A stretch of 64,000 nucleotides of DNA, from positions 1,922,001-1,986,000 of the forward strand of contig JANJGN010000018.1 in assembly GCA_026770705.1 (NCBI GenBank). Reading direction: 5' to 3'. Both the position numbers and the translations under genes were made by a program. This document shows positions 25,891 to 39,929 of this stretch, in pieces; within the stretch, counting starts at the first letter, position 1, and each line of letters begins with the position of its first letter. Source of the stretch: Isurus oxyrinchus. Its lineage: Eukaryota. The notes below the pieces were generated by a model, which saw only the letters and a program-made list of their open reading frames with translations, made no database searches and was not told where the DNA came from.

Positions 25891-27009
25891 CAATCACGCA
25901 GTCAACCCTCCTCTGTGCCCTGGCGCTGTTATGATTTCCATTCCATTCCCTCTTCAAATGTATGTACAAACAAAGCTAATGAGAAAAAAAAAAAGAACAA
26001 CTATATCGGAGCTTCTCCGTCCAAAAAAAAATGTGAACTGTGCACGTGTAGTTTAATTTTAACGTCAATTGATTGCAAGAATATTTTGACTTTGAATATT
26101 TGAGCAATGAATAACAGTGAAATTCTTCCCAAAACCATTTTTCTATCACTGCATTAATGGACAGGGACACTGACAGTGGGGTATGATTCCTTTAAATGAG
26201 TACAGAGAGGGGAATACTGATCTAGATAATCCACACACAAAAAAAAACAATGCAGGTGGAAGCGTCAGTCAAGATTCGATGCTAAACGAATATCTGAGCT
26301 ATGTGCGCTATTGGACATCTCGCCAGGTAGAATATTCTCAATATAGTTAGAAATTAATGATGCAGAGCAACAAATGAATCGTTGTTGCCAGTGACAACAT
26401 CTATTAGATTGAAAACGGAGAGAATAGCTTTTTTTCTTGAAAAAAAAACGTTGTTTACTTGTATCGCAACCGACGTGAGGACCAGTTCCTGCAGATGTGC
26501 AGATGCGCTGTCCGTTTCAGCCTGCAGCTACGTAAAGTGAGTGATGATTTTACGGGCAGCTCTGTTTCCGGTTTCTGAATTATGCACCGTATGATAGTTG
26601 GCCTTCTTACAAATTTCCCAGATACAACTAAGACGGTAGCCATTTTAAAGCTGTGTGCAAAGTGGAGAGTTTTGCTTCAGGAAAGGCCTAAGAATCATTC
26701 CGAAAAACAACATTGTTTTTCAATTAGTTTATCAAAGCACAGATTGCAAGAGGGCTGAAAGTTACAAGAGATCATTTGCACCATGCAAACTGGTAAATGT
26801 TAATAATAATGAAACAGTTGCGAAGACAAAAAACACAGCAAACACGGAGTTCGGATAGCCCCACGAACTTTCTACTGAACTTGCAGTAACTCATTTCACA
26901 AAGCATTCTGGAGTAGTATATCTCCACATTTCTACCCTCAAAACTGGAAATAATCACTTATCGGTCCTTAGCTTCTTATGCTCTGTATTAGTGCCTTCTG
27001 TGAGGCAAC

Positions 27010-27905
27010 AGGTTGCATTGTAACACAATTTGTGAACAATACTAAGATGGGGAGGGAAGCGAGTACTGATCAGAATGAGAAACGTATGGAACTTGATATG
27101 GATAGGTTTAGTGGGTGAGTAAAATTTGAAACAAGGAGCTTAATATAGGAAAACATGAGGTTCTCCACCGGAGGGAAGAATATAAAATCAGATTGTTTTT
27201 TTAAAGGAGAGAGACTATAGGATGCAACGGTAAAGAGGCACCCTGGTATTCAAGAGCACCTATGAACGCAAGTCAGCGTGCCTGTACAGCAAGCTCAGAA
27301 GGTAAATAGAATGGTGCTCTTGATTGCAAGTATGATGAAGAATGTAAAAAAAAACCACTCCTGCTATAAAAATACAAATTCTCGGTGAGACCACACCTAG
27401 AGTACAGAGTGCATTTTTAGTCAACTTATTTAAAGAGCAACTTTATTTTATGGGAGTTGGTTCAGACAACAATCAGGACGCGGATTACTGGGATGAAGTG
27501 CGTCTGCTTTGCATTACTTTTGAGCATGTGTTGTGGAAAATTTTGAACGTAAGAGGACTGAGAGGTGCTGTTTTTCCTCAGATATAACTTTGTGAATGGA
27601 AGAGTCATGGCCGATGCCAGCTGGTATATAGGGCGAGGGGCGCTGCTAAAAATAACATTATGGAGTTTCCCATTTAATTCGGAGGGGAGGAGCATGTTTT
27701 CCGTTCACTCAGAGGATTGTTAGTATTTAAAATTCTCTTCCACAGTTGGCAGGGGAGCTACCTCAATAATATAAGTAATGTTAGAGAAGGCACAGGTGCA
27801 CAGATGTGGATGTCAGGCCGCGTCATATCAACCATGATCCATTGTCATCGAGGGGAAGTCTCAAGCTACCGTTTGGACAACTCCTGCTAATATTTCTTAT
27901 ATTCG
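27010..27905 (+). mobile_element. CR1 LINE 3' portion, decayed
   Basis: Degenerate FADDTK..LVRPHLEY region, ending in ctcctgct..ttcttat tail. Confidence 0.8.
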
Positions 27906-29624
27906 TACGTGCTATTTTATGATTAGGATATCACAACCATTCAAATTGTTATTCTAATATTACTTCAAATGCTATACGAGCTTTTTTTGGACATATCATC
28001 ACGCCCTTGACTTTGGATGATGCGGGACACGCAGTTTATGGTCGAATAAGCCGTCGAACATCTGAAAAGCATGATGCTTCGTGCGTGTCAATCTGGGGTC
28101 GTAATACCCACATTAAAGCCACAAGATTCATTCATAATCCTTATCCTTTTGCAGGAGTGCTTTACTTTCTGAGCGATTTAAATGTTACAACACACATATA
28201 AAGCAGGAAATAGTCATTTGTGCTAAAGTAATTCTATAGTGCTCCCTTGGCCAGTATGCATCGATAAAGATTGTTGTACTATTTTTATCCCTCGTACCGA
28301 TTTTGAATTTCTGATCTTTCCCATTTAGCCTCATTTGGAAGAAAACTCCATTTGTAAGGACAGGGATCAATAATTTGAATATTAGACCACATTCATTTTT
28401 TCACTTAGAGCAAAGACTGTTTTTAGTTATGTATTTTAGATTCAATTTGGGATTTCTGGCAGGCGTTTTAAAGGCTCAAAGGCCGATACTTCTCTTCTGG
28501 GACACATGTTTCCCTGCGACCTTCCAATATATCTTTGCCATTGGAATCTCGATTGTTCATGGGAACTATCTTTCACACTTTCAATTGGGAGTTACTTCTC
28601 TTATTTTATTTTATTTTTTTGCTTAGAACATTTGATGTCTCGACATCTGTGTTCATACTCCTCACTGAAATTTACAAGTTTTATTCTACAGAGTTCACTG
28701 CGTTCCTCCATTGGCGCTTAAAAAATCATCATTGAATTTAAGGTCGTGTATTATGTGTGTTAACAAAAGGCAGCCTGGGGTAAATGGGCACAAAGGCAAA
28801 CGGCACCTGTTATGTGAGAGCTGTTCAACGATCCATTGTATCAAAGGAAGGTCGCCTGGAGGGTGCCGACATCTGCAGCTTGTGAAGAAGTCACTTTTGA
28901 AAATCATCCAACTGTTTGTTAACTCTTCCAATGGTCTTCTTACAATTTCACTGGATTTTTCCAAAATGACTATTAGGAAGTGGCCTGATAAAACCGTCAC
29001 CTGCCTCCGTGCAGTTAATGTACATCAATTCTCAGAGTAGGTTGTTCAAGCTACGGAAATTTTTAAAAAAGGGGAGGCACCCAATGTTTCCACTCACCCT
29101 GACCCGCCCCATCACTTCAGACAGCTCCATTTTGGGTTTAACTCTTGCTCAGATAACATTCGATAATATTTAGTCGTCACACACTGACTCAGTGATCTCA
29201 AATCAAATTATAGGTGGGCAATAGTAACAAACAATTTAGGCGTTAGCATGCCATCTAACAGCTAAGTTACTTTCACTGATCAGAAAAACTCGAGGTTGAA
29301 TTCGAACACCAGGTTGTATTGATCGTGAATAACTTGTTAAGTGATATGACTCAAGAGGTTGTTACTCAACATAAAACTTATTCCATCACTCTATACTATC
29401 CTCCACTGGAGAAAGATAAGGGATACTTTCCCTAAAATGTCATCTCATAGTCCGTTTCTGCACGTTGAAAGGATTGGACATCAGATTTGAGAATCAAAAC
29501 GACTTTTTACAAGGGACTTACGTTTTTGGGGGGTGGCAAAGTTAAGAAAACCTTTAGCGGTGAAGAGAATTTAAGGTTAGGTATGTGCTAGTTTGCAAGA
29601 ACGTTTGCATCCAGATTCCACATG

Positions 29625-32600
29625 ATCATAAGAACATATGACATAGAAGCAGCAATTAGTGCATTCGGCCTATCGAGTCTGCTCTGCCAATTTGATTATG
29701 GCTGATAAGTTTTTCAACCCCATTTTCCTGCCTTCTCCCCATAACCGTTGATCATCCTATCAAGTAAGATCCTATCTTTCTCGGTTTAAATAAACTCAAT
29801 TAGCTGTCCTCCAGAGCCTTCTGGGCAATGAATTCCACAGATTTACCACTCTCTGGCTAAAGAAGTTTCTCCTCATCTCCGTTCTAAAAGGTTTCATCTT
29901 TACTCTGAGGCTGTGAACTCGGGTCCTAGTCTCTCCTACTCATGCAAATATATCCCCCACGTCCAGTCTATCCAGGCCTTTCAGTATTCTGTAAGATTAC
30001 ATCCGATACACCCCATCCTTCTCAACTCCATCGAGTACAGACCCACAGTCCTCAAACTTCTCAAATGTTCAGCCTTTCATTCCTGGGATCGTTCTCGTGA
30101 AATTCGTCAAGACCCTCTCCAAGGCCAGCACAGCCTTCTTGAGAAACAGGGCCCAAAGTAGCTCACAAAATACTAAATGTTGTCTGACCAGAGCCTTATA
30201 AAGCCTCAGCAGCACATCCCTGCTTTTATATTCTAGTCCTCTCGAAATAAATGCCATCTTTGCATTTGCCTTCCTAACTACCGACTCAACCTGCAACTTA
30301 ACTTTAAGAGAATCCTGGACTGGGACACCCAAGTCGCTTTGCACTCCAGATTTCTGAATTCTCTCCCCACGTGGAAAATAGTCCATGCCTCTATGCTGCC
30401 TACCAAAGTGCATGACCTCACACTTCCCTACATTACATACCATCTACCGCTACTATGCCCATTCTCCTAACCTGTCTGAATGCCTCTGCAGCCTCTCCGC
30501 CTCCTCAATACTATTTGACCCTCCACGGACCTTTGTATCATCTGCAAACTTAGCCAGAATGCCCAAAGTTCCTTCATCTAGATCATTAATGTGTAAAGTG
30601 AAAAGTTGTGGACCCAACACTGATCCCAGTGGAAATCCACTAGTCACCGGCCACCATGCTGAGACGGACTCCCTTATCCCTACTCTCTGCCTCCTGCCAG
30701 ATAACCAATCTTCTATCCTTGCCTCTAAGACCATGGGCTCTTATCTAACGGAGCAGCATCCTTTGTGGCACCTTGTCAATGGGCTTCTGGAAGTCCAGGT
30801 AGTTAACAACTATCGGCCCTCCTTTGTCTAACCTACTCGTTACCTCCTCAAAGAAATCTAACAGATTTGTCACGTCTGACAGCCGCTTGATGAATCCATG
30901 CTGACCTTAGCCTATTTTATCATGCACTTCCAAGTATTCTGAAATCTCATCCTTTTTAATGACTCTAAAATCTTACCAACGACCGAGTTCAGACTAATTG
31001 GCCTGTAATTTTGTCTTTTTTCCTCACGCCCTTCTTAAACATGCGGGTTACCTTAGCGATTTTCTAGTTCCCTGGGACCCTCCCTGAGTCCAGTGATTCC
31101 TGAAAGATCAACACTAACGCCTTCACTATCTCTTCAGCTATCTCCTTCAGAACTCGGTGGTGTAATCCATCTGGTCCAGCTGATTTATCCAGCGTCAGGC
31201 CTTTCACTTTCCCTAGCACGTTATCTTTAGTAATGGCCAGGATACGCACCTCTGCCCCCCCCTCCCCCCCCCCCCCACCCCGACTCTCTTGAACTTTGTG
31301 GATGTTACTCGTGTCTTCCACCGTGAAGACTGACGTAAAGTACCTATTCAGTCCTTCGCCATTTCTTTTTTTCTCCTCTACTACTTCTCAAGCGTCATTA
31401 TTCAGAGGCCCAATGTCCACTTTTATCTCTCTCTTACTCTTTATATATCTAAAAAAAACTCTTGCAATTTTTTTTTATATTACTGGCTAGTTTAAACTCA
31501 TATTTAAACTTCCCCCTCCTTATTTCATTTCAGTTGTCCTCTGTTGATCTTTGTAGGCTTCCCAATCCTCAGGTTTCCCACTACTCTACGCCATATTGTA
31601 TGCTTTCTCTTTAGCTTTAATCCTGTCCCTGACTTCCCTTTCAGCCATGGTTGCCTCGTACTCCCTTTAGTGTGCTTCTTCTTCCTAGGGATGGTTTTTT
31701 GCTGTGTCTCCCAAATTACTGCCAGAAACTCCTGAAATTGCTGTTCCACTGTATTTCATCTAGGCTCATCTCCCAGTCAATTCTAGCCAGCTCCTTCCTC
31801 ATGACTCTGGAGTTGCCTTTGTTCAACTGTAATACCGTTACATCTGATTCCAGCCTTTTCCTCTCAAATTGCAGGGTAAATTCTATTGTATTATCGTCAC
31901 TTCCTCCTAAGGGTTCCTTGATCATAAGCTCCCTTGTCTATTCTGCCTCATTACACATCACTAAATCAAGAATTGCTTGTTCCCTAGTGGGCTCGAACAC
32001 AGGCTTCTCAAAAAAGCCATCACATATACATTCTACAAATTCCTTTTCTTGGGATCCACTACCAACCTGATTTTGCTAGTCTACTTGCATATTGAAATTC
32101 TCCATGATCACTGTAACCCTGCCTTTCTTACGTGCCTTTTCTATGTCCTGGCGTATCTTGCGCCCCAAATCCTGACTACTCTTCGGAGGCCTGTAAATAA
32201 CTCCCATTATGTTTTGTTTTTACCTTTGCAGTCCCTCAACTCCACCCATACAGATTCTATATTATCTGACCCTACATCATTTCTTGCTATCGATTTAATT
32301 TCATTTCTTACTAACAAAGCATCTCCAGCCCTCTGCCAACCTGTCTATCTTTTCGACAGGACGAATGTTCTTGTATATTTAGCTCCCAATCCTGATCCCC
32401 TTTCAGCCATGTCTCGGTGATGCCCACACCATCAAACCTGCCAATTTCATTATGCTCTACTAGCCCATTTACCTTATTTCGTATGCTGTGTGCATCCCAA
32501 CAGAACAAATTTAGTCATGTAATTCCCTCCCATTTCTCATTGTTGTTGTTGTATATGATGTGCTTGAAGTTAGATTCCTAGACCTTCCCAAACAGTCTGT

Positions 32601-32670
32601 CCTACTTTGTGTTCTGCAGCGTTTAATAGCCTCTCCTGAGCACTCCTTTCTTTTCAGTTTTTTTTCATTC
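29625..32670 (-). mobile_element. CR1 LINE, most of ORF2 (APE endonuclease + RT), frameshifted
   Basis: SIRNK..GITETWL (EN), EPLGGSDDN, KSAGPDGLHHRVLKE, VTSGFPLGSVLGPQLFTLHINDLD..KFADDTK, CNVGKCEVMHFG, plus 3' tail at 29625. Confidence 0.97.
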
Positions 32671-33595
32671 CTTTTTTAACCTGATGGTGAGCTTATGGCA
32701 GATTAAACTGTGTGGTGGGCAGAAACCGAGAAGAAAGAACCTTTACTTTTTCAGCCATCATGCTTGAAGGAAGGGACCTGGTCCCGCAAACAGGTCAACA
32801 ATTCCAAGGTCTGAGTTGGAGTGTGACAGAGATGGAGAGAGAGCCGCATCTTGATGATGGGAATGGAAGGGAGAGGCATTCAGATTGCCTTCAATAGAAT
32901 AAAAATGGTAAAACATTAATCAATTCACAAAAAATAATATCCAGATTCTGCATTATTTTCCTTTTCTGATTGGAATTTTGTTATAATCCGAACTGAAAAG
33001 ATGATTTGTGTGACTGTTTTTCCTCTCCAGTCGTGTATAATTCGCTCTGAATTTCCTCATGCCCATTTATGTACTATTTGAAACGGCACCTCCTATTCCT
33101 TGCTTCAAACTGCTGGCTGCCACGCCCCAACTGTCAATCACACCTATAAACTAAAATTTGCTTTTTCATACATTTAATTTTTCCAGCTTCTCTGCTTCCG
33201 GTACTCTGGCGGTCCCATATTTATCCTCACCTGCTGTTTCTTTTGCCTCATGTGGAAACATCTGTTAATCACAGATGTTGCTTTGTCAATAAGCTGGTTG
33301 ACTCCCCTTCCTAACCCCTCTGACGTTGGTGGATATTTCCAGTTACTGAGAGATTCCGTTGTTGGGATGCTACAGATAAATATTCAAGTCAAGTGTTAGA
33401 AACACAAGGATGATCCTGCAGTCTGTTTTTAATTATTTTGTGCATTGGTTGATTCCAAAATTGCTGGCAAGGGATATTTAATCGCGTTTTTGAGCTGTTC
33501 TCTCAACTGTATGAAATGAATCTGTTTGCGCAGCAATTCCAATTCCACAGCATAGGTCTGATCAATACGAAAGTAAATAAATCCCTGATAGGCTC

Positions 33596-33657
33596 GGTGG
33601 TGGTGGTGGTGTGTGTGTGGGGGGGGGGGGCGTGGGTGGTGGTGGTGGGGGTTGGGG

Positions 33658-33688
<31 letters not shown>

Positions 33689-33690
33689 GA
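33596..33690. repeat. Compound microsatellite (GGT)n/(GT)n/poly-G/(GA)n
   Basis: Directly visible. Confidence 0.95.
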
Positions 33691-34429
33691 GGAAGTGGGC
33701 GGGTTATCCTAATGTTATAAGATAAAAATAAAAATATTACATACAGAAATCAATGAGGTATGAAGCTCTCAGATACGGTGTGAAGTAAATTCATCGGCTT
33801 CCTTTCATAGACTTTCCAATTTTAATGATATTGGGGATCTATTACCTCTGACCAGATGATCATTGGATGACCCTGTGACACATGCAATCGTTAAGATGAA
33901 AGAATAGCACAGTTCACACAGAAGTTGCATACTCAATGGCAATAGTCACATCCCAGGTACATCAATAATTGCACGTATCATGCATCATAATTTATACATA
34001 TGTTCAATTGCAAGATGCCTTTTGAAACTTGAACCTTCCTTCCCCTTTCTGCTGCAGACAATCCTTCTGAAGTGACTGATTGCCAGAGCCATTTACATGT
34101 ATCATGTGGGACCTCCATAGGATTTTGAGGTTGCAAAATTGTTTGACTTTTTAAAAAACAATGCACAAATGCGTTACAACAACCTTATAAATCTCCTTTC
34201 TTAAGTATATTTTGTGCTGAAAGCCAACTGTACATTTCAAAGCGCAATATTTTAATAACGCAAGAAAGGAAGCTGAATTCTGATTGGAAATTAAGAAAAT
34301 AAATCATAACTCCCTTCCCTGGACCTCATAATATTTCAATAATGTCTGAAGCTCGACTTTGATCATTGAGCATTCGAATTAAAAATTGCCCGGTGTCTCT
34401 TTCATGTGTCCTCTCCTGCACCGAAAACT

Positions 34430-37130
34430 AACCGAACAGATATTTGGCATCCACCTTCATTATGAAGGACGCAAGTAAAATGCCAGAAGTTGATGTAAAT
34501 CACTGTATGACTAGCTTCTTTAACTGCAGACACTGAGTGAGATGGCAGGAAGTAAGTAATGCGAATTACTTGAGAATATGCATTGAAAACTTAAACTAAT
34601 TCCAGATTCTGAAAGATATTCTGGGCAGGAAGCAGATACAAAAGTGCAAAGAAATATAAGATGACATTAAATGAATGCTGTGATGCGTCATAATGTCACT
34701 CAACGAGTAATCCAGAATCGCCATGTTGATGTTCTCAGGTTACAAGTTCGAAATGGACCTTTAGGGATTTAAAATTCAATTCATAAAATGTGGAATTGAA
34801 AACATGTTTCAGAAAAGATGATGATTAAAATTTAAACGAATTTTGTAATATCACGTTTGTTTCACGAATGTGGTAACAATTCTACCATCGTACCTGGTCT
34901 GGCCGAGATATGACAGAGGAGTGCCCCTGCTAATTACGAATGGTAATACTAAAATTGAGAGGAAAGAACTAACTTCAGGATCCTAGGAATTAGAATGCGT
35001 TTGGGTAGAGATGAGAAATGTTAACAGCAAGAAATCTCTTGTAGGTTTGGTGGCCAGGGCACTTAAAGGTTAACACACAGGAGGACAATGTCCAAAGCAA
35101 TAAACAATAAGAGCTTATCAGAGTGGTCCAGCGAAATTCATGGGCGATTTTAATTTAAATAAGATGGACCAATCTGATTGGGAATTGGAGCCGAGCTGAT
35201 GAATTAATCGCATGTTTTCGGTATAGTTTCTTAGACGAGCACGTTATGACGTCAACAATACTGCAGCCTGTGCAAGAACTTGGCCTGTGAAATGATAGAG
35301 GATAAATTAAATGTATCTTAGTTAAGGAGCCCTAAGTAGCTACGATCATAATCTGATTGAATTATATAGTCAGCTTGAGGCAAAGTAGGGCTGTCTAAGA
35401 CTACCAGTTTAAACATAAATAAGGGCAATTATAAGTTTATGAACGTAGAGCTAGCTAAATATAACTGCCAAATGAGGTTAATTAATAGGCAATAGAAATG
35501 CTGCAGCAGATAATTAAAGGGATGTATCACAGGAACCAAAATTGATGCATTACAACGAGAAAGGGAAATAAAGAAAACAATCAATCCCCGGGCCAACTAT
35601 AAATAAACAAAATATTTAAAGACAATATAAACCCTAAGTAAAAAAAAAAAACCTTAATGTGCAAGGGCAGGTGACATGTCAAAGAGTAGCAAGGATGTAA
35701 AGAACATGAATGAATAACAATATAGATGAACAATGAGGAAAACAATAACGTATGAGAGAAAGCAATTTCGAAATGTGAAGTGGCAAGTAGGAATTTCTAC
35801 AGATACACAAATAAAAACAGAGTTATCTAAGTTAGCATTCCCTGTAGAAAATATGTCTCGGAAACTAATAATCGAAACCCAATGAGAACGAAAATGAACT
35901 GAACAGGTATTGGCATCGGCCTTCATTATGGAGGATGCAAGTAACATCTCAGAAGTTGCTGTAAATCAGAGAATAGTAGGGGTGGAGTAACTGATGAAAA
36001 TTACAATCAGCAGGTTTTTGTTCTGAAGAAATCTTTGGAGCTGCGGTCTGACAGAGCACGGGTATTGATGTAGTTCACATTAGTGCAATTAAATAAGTGG
36101 CTTTTCAAATAAAAGATGAATAGATTTTATTTTGTTCAAGATGTCCTGGAAACTGGAAGGTTCCATTAGATTTTAAAACAGTGAATTTAAGTTGAGTATA
36201 CCAATGGGTGTCCTGTCACCGTAGGTATAGAGAGCAGGAAACTATTTTCCAGTGAAGTGCACTTGGGGAAAATGTTAGAAACTATTATTGAAGATGTTAT
36301 GGCAGGGCACTTGGGAAAAATCAAGGGAATCAGGTAGAGAAAGCATGGTTTTGTGCATGGGAAACCTTGTTTAATCAAATTATTGGACTATTTTGAAGAA
36401 GTAACATGTGCTGTGGATAAAGGGGAAAGTGTCAATGTACCGCATTGTGGTAGATAAATAATTATGAAAGCAAACAAAAGGTCATCGGTTATTCTTAGAA
36501 TCACTGGATACTAATGAAGGGAAGTTATGCTTCAGCTCGACATGACAATGGTGAGGCCAGAACTGGAGTATTGCTGTACAGTATTGGCCTCCTTATTTTA
36601 ATATATATATAAGTAAATGTTTTAGAAACAGTTAAGAGAAGATTTAATAGAGTAATGACAGGAAAGGAAAGGCTTCCTTCTGAGGAGTGATTCGACAGTA
36701 TTGGCTTGTACCCATTGGAATTTAGGAGAGTAATATGTGATTGATTGTGACCCTCAACATCCTGAGCAGACTTGAAACGGTGGATGTGCAGAGGATGCTT
36801 CCACTTCTGAGAGCTTCTGGAATTAGGAGTCGCTGTTTAATAATAAGTGATCCACTTCTTGTAGATAGAGATGTATTTCTTTTTTTTTCCCCAGAGGGTA
36901 TTGAGATTTTGAGTACGCTTCCTCAAAAAGGCATTGTTAGCAGTTTCTTTTGAATGTTTATTTAAGGCAAAGGTTGATAAATAGGTTTAAAGCAACCTGG
37001 TGAACAGTACAGTAGTAAGCCAGAGGTTCATTCAGATCAGCCATGATCTTAAGGTTTGATGGAGCAAGAACGAGGTGCAGAGTGGCCTACTCCTGCTCAA
37101 TTTTGCATGTTTTTGTTATTGTTTGTACGT
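34430..37130 (+). mobile_element. CR1 LINE ORF2 with internal deletions (small upstream piece 34430-34680, main body 34905-37130)
   Basis: EN remnants (GDFN-like ggcgattttaat), KHGFVHGKPCLIKLLDYFEEVT, VRPELEY, 3' tail gtggcctactcctgctc. Confidence 0.9.
34680..34905 (+). mobile_element. tRNA-derived SINE, decayed
   Basis: taatgtcact..agtaatccaga..gttcgaaat..aaattcaatt..ggaattgaaa..tacctggtctggcc resembles a common elasmobranch SINE as recalled; needs a Dfam/Repbase check. Confidence 0.6.
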
Positions 37131-39751
37131 ATGTTCGCATGATAATTACCGGAAAAAGGGTATAAAGGGATAATTTCAGAAACTGAAATTAAATAAGCAG
37201 CATCATCCTCTGCTGTAGAAGTTAAATAAGGGACAATGTTAGCCGAAACATTAACCTTGATACATTTATCGCTAAACATTTTTTAACAGACATGAAACAT
37301 CCTCCAATAAACATATATTAACTTGTCTTAAATATAGAAAATCTCCATGGAGTGGAGAGATCAGTAAGCTTAAATAATCATTTCAGAGTAAAGCCTCCTT
37401 TTTGCTATCAGTTGGCACAAGTCTGCACTGACAGAACCTCCTATTGACCAATGTTCACTGGTGCCAAATTTTCAACTCTGATTAGTGCAAACTACAAGTG
37501 CAAAGCAATATGCAATTTGGACGGACAGCAATCATAAAGTAATTGAGCCCATAACTGAGGAAAAGTGAAGTCACATCCGAACAAACGTTTGGAAGAATCT
37601 ATTGGCAGAATGGAATTGAGAGAAACTGACAAGTTGGTGGTTAGTGATAGCATCCTCAAGAGAGGAGGATTGTTTAAATTTTAATCAACGTAACTTTGTG
37701 GATCATTTTCTAAGGGTACATTATTCTTGTCAGAAATGTAGACTCTCCTGTCCACCTTCAACGACTTTATGTCCCCAAGTTTGGAAGTTCCCTGAACCTG
37801 CTATTCGTATTGTAGTAATCTACACTAGGCAAATCGTTGTTGCCCCTTCCCTTTCATTACTTGAAATTGACAGTCCAACCCAGTCCTCCATCACCCTGAA
37901 TTTTTGCTCTCCTCTCTATTGGACAATCCCATGCCATCACAGGTGAGAATCCCATTGGAACGAGGTTGTACCGCTGACCTGTCCCTCACAATCTAACAGT
38001 TATAACAAAATCGATCAAATTATAGGAACCAAATTATTTTGCCGAAGTCTCCCACAGGTTTTACCGCAAAAAACGAGTATCGCTGGACAAATAAATTGCT
38101 GTTCCGAGCAGCGAATTTAAACAGTTTCAATTATAGCTAACATTCCGATTTTTTACTAAAGTTCCCGATTGATTTCTTATAATTGTAGAAATGCCAGAAA
38201 AAAACATCTTCTGATTACCTCTGGGGAAACTCACGATGATTGTCACCTTATTCCATTTTGCTTCACTGTTGCAATGTGTTTGGGATTGCGGTGGGCAGAG
38301 CGAATTATATAAAAAATATACACACGAAATCCAGATCAAATGCATGCCAACAATATCTTCACAAATGTTTACATGAATTCCTTTTAAACGGGTCATTTTA
38401 AGACAGAGGGTGTCAGTTTCAGTTTGGAATTGTTTAGATTAGCTCCATCTGTGAAATAATGAGTCCGTTTAATGTTTTGTTAAAGAGCTTGCGGTTTGTG
38501 ACTTACAGGAAAAAGTGTAATTCGCAAGTCAATTCATCTAACACAAAAAACATGTGGACCAATATTGTAAAAGTAACCGTGCTTTAAAATACTGTATGTA
38601 ACTCTATTCGGATATAAGCGAAAACCAGTCTCTGAAATTGCCAACATGTCTGTGCTTCACATAATTATTTCCACAAGAAAAGTGATCGCTTTAATATAAT
38701 GCATGGATTTGTTTCCCTTGATTTGATTCATGACTTTGTATGGAGTAATACCGCTTGAGGAATGATATCCAATATTCAAAGGACATGATTAAAGGAACTT
38801 AAGTTTTTTTTTTAATTTTCTAGTACTCGCTGGGGTGAGGGCTGTAGTTATGAAAAAGTCGTTTTATTTTCCTTCCGCACTGGTAAATCCCGTTGTTCCC
38901 TTTGCAGATTTTTTACAGGACAATGAACAAATAGCAGAAGTGACGACGGGAAGCACAATGGAAATTAGGTAAAGATTACTTGTTTCCTCTTTTTATTCAA
39001 ATCAAATGACATAGATAAAACAGTAAAGGAGAATTATCTTTAGTTCTGCTCTCGGCTCCTGTGCAGTCCAGTGAATGAAACAGCAGTGGACACTTGGAAA
39101 TTTTACAGGCCAAATGCTGAAGCTCTGCTCAGTGAGGAGACAATAGGAGCAGTTACTATCTTAACCACACGGTGGAAGTTGCCGTCATGGTGCGGACAGT
39201 AACGTCAAACAAAATGTTCGTGCATGCCCGAAATGGTGGAATTCTGTTTGTCCAATGGCATCCCAGGTATTAGGACAGAACGAAGATTGGTTTAAGATGT
39301 GAACACTGCTCCTCTGTGCACCGCCCTTGGGACAGGAATAAAGAAGATTTGAATGTATTTGACAGCCTTTGTCTTATCATTATAAACCTTTTCATTCCAT
39401 CTCCTTACATTAATAAATTACGCCAGTATACCAAAGATGTAATAAAATTCAATCCTTTCACTTCCAACTAAGACAATATAATCATTAATATTGATGAATA
39501 GTTTTGTTCAGAATCCAATGTTATATCTCAGGTGGTACTAAATGACTGCTTCCACGATTGTCTCCAATTTGACATTTCAAAATTTATAGTCAGAGTTGAA
39601 TATCACTCAAGGCGATGAAACTTCGGTGAAGTGCACTCGGAAACCATTTCTAGACCCTGTGCGGGCATCGGCTGCACAGCGTTGATCAACAACGTGCATT
39701 AATCTAGAAATTATCGGCAATTTGATATTAAGCGGAGTAGAATGTTATTCC

Positions 39752-39929
39752 ATGGAGGAGAGCACAGTTGACGTTTCGAGTCCCTACGACCCTTCAGCAG
39801 GTCATGAGGACTCGAAACGTCAAGTGCGCTCGCCTGCGGCGATGCTCCCAGACCTGTTGAGTTTCTTCAGGTATTTCTGTTTCTGTTTTTGTTTTGGATT
39901 TCGAGCATCCGCATTTTTTTGTTTTTATA
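39752..39929 (+). mobile_element. 178-bp Penelope-derived mini insertion with internal hairpin and 14-bp target-site duplication
   Basis: tagaatgttattcc at 39738-39751 and 39930-39943. ttgacgtttcgagtcc..gacc is inverted relative to ggtcatgaggactcgaaacgtcaa. Remainder matches the PLE tail at 17225-17330. Confidence 0.93.

Larger units (their letters stand above)
26503..37850 (+). pseudogene. SRCR receptor pseudogene G3, about 9 decayed SRCR exons and tail remnants, interrupted by three CR1 insertions
   Basis: Leader-like atgcgctgtccgtttcagcctgcag (26503; compare FASLLQ in G4). SRCR remnants ~26615-26900 (QIQLR..CAKWRV..DCKRAES), 27930-28170, 28200-28700 (two), 28720-29000 (GRV..AWG), 29250-29540 (SEKLEV..EVV), 32695-32960 (QIKLCGG..LEC..DGNG), 33285-33595 (KLVDSPS..WDATD), 33750-34020 (MKLSD..WGSITSD). 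Last exon after cttgtcag at 37733 resembles 50574-50655. Confidence 0.6.

Noticed and set aside
28200-28600. Gypsy protease-like RLNGKDQKFKIGT on the minus strand
   Set aside because: Lacks the catalytic D and any supporting RT. The plus strand gives SRCR-like motifs consistent with the flanking G3 exons.
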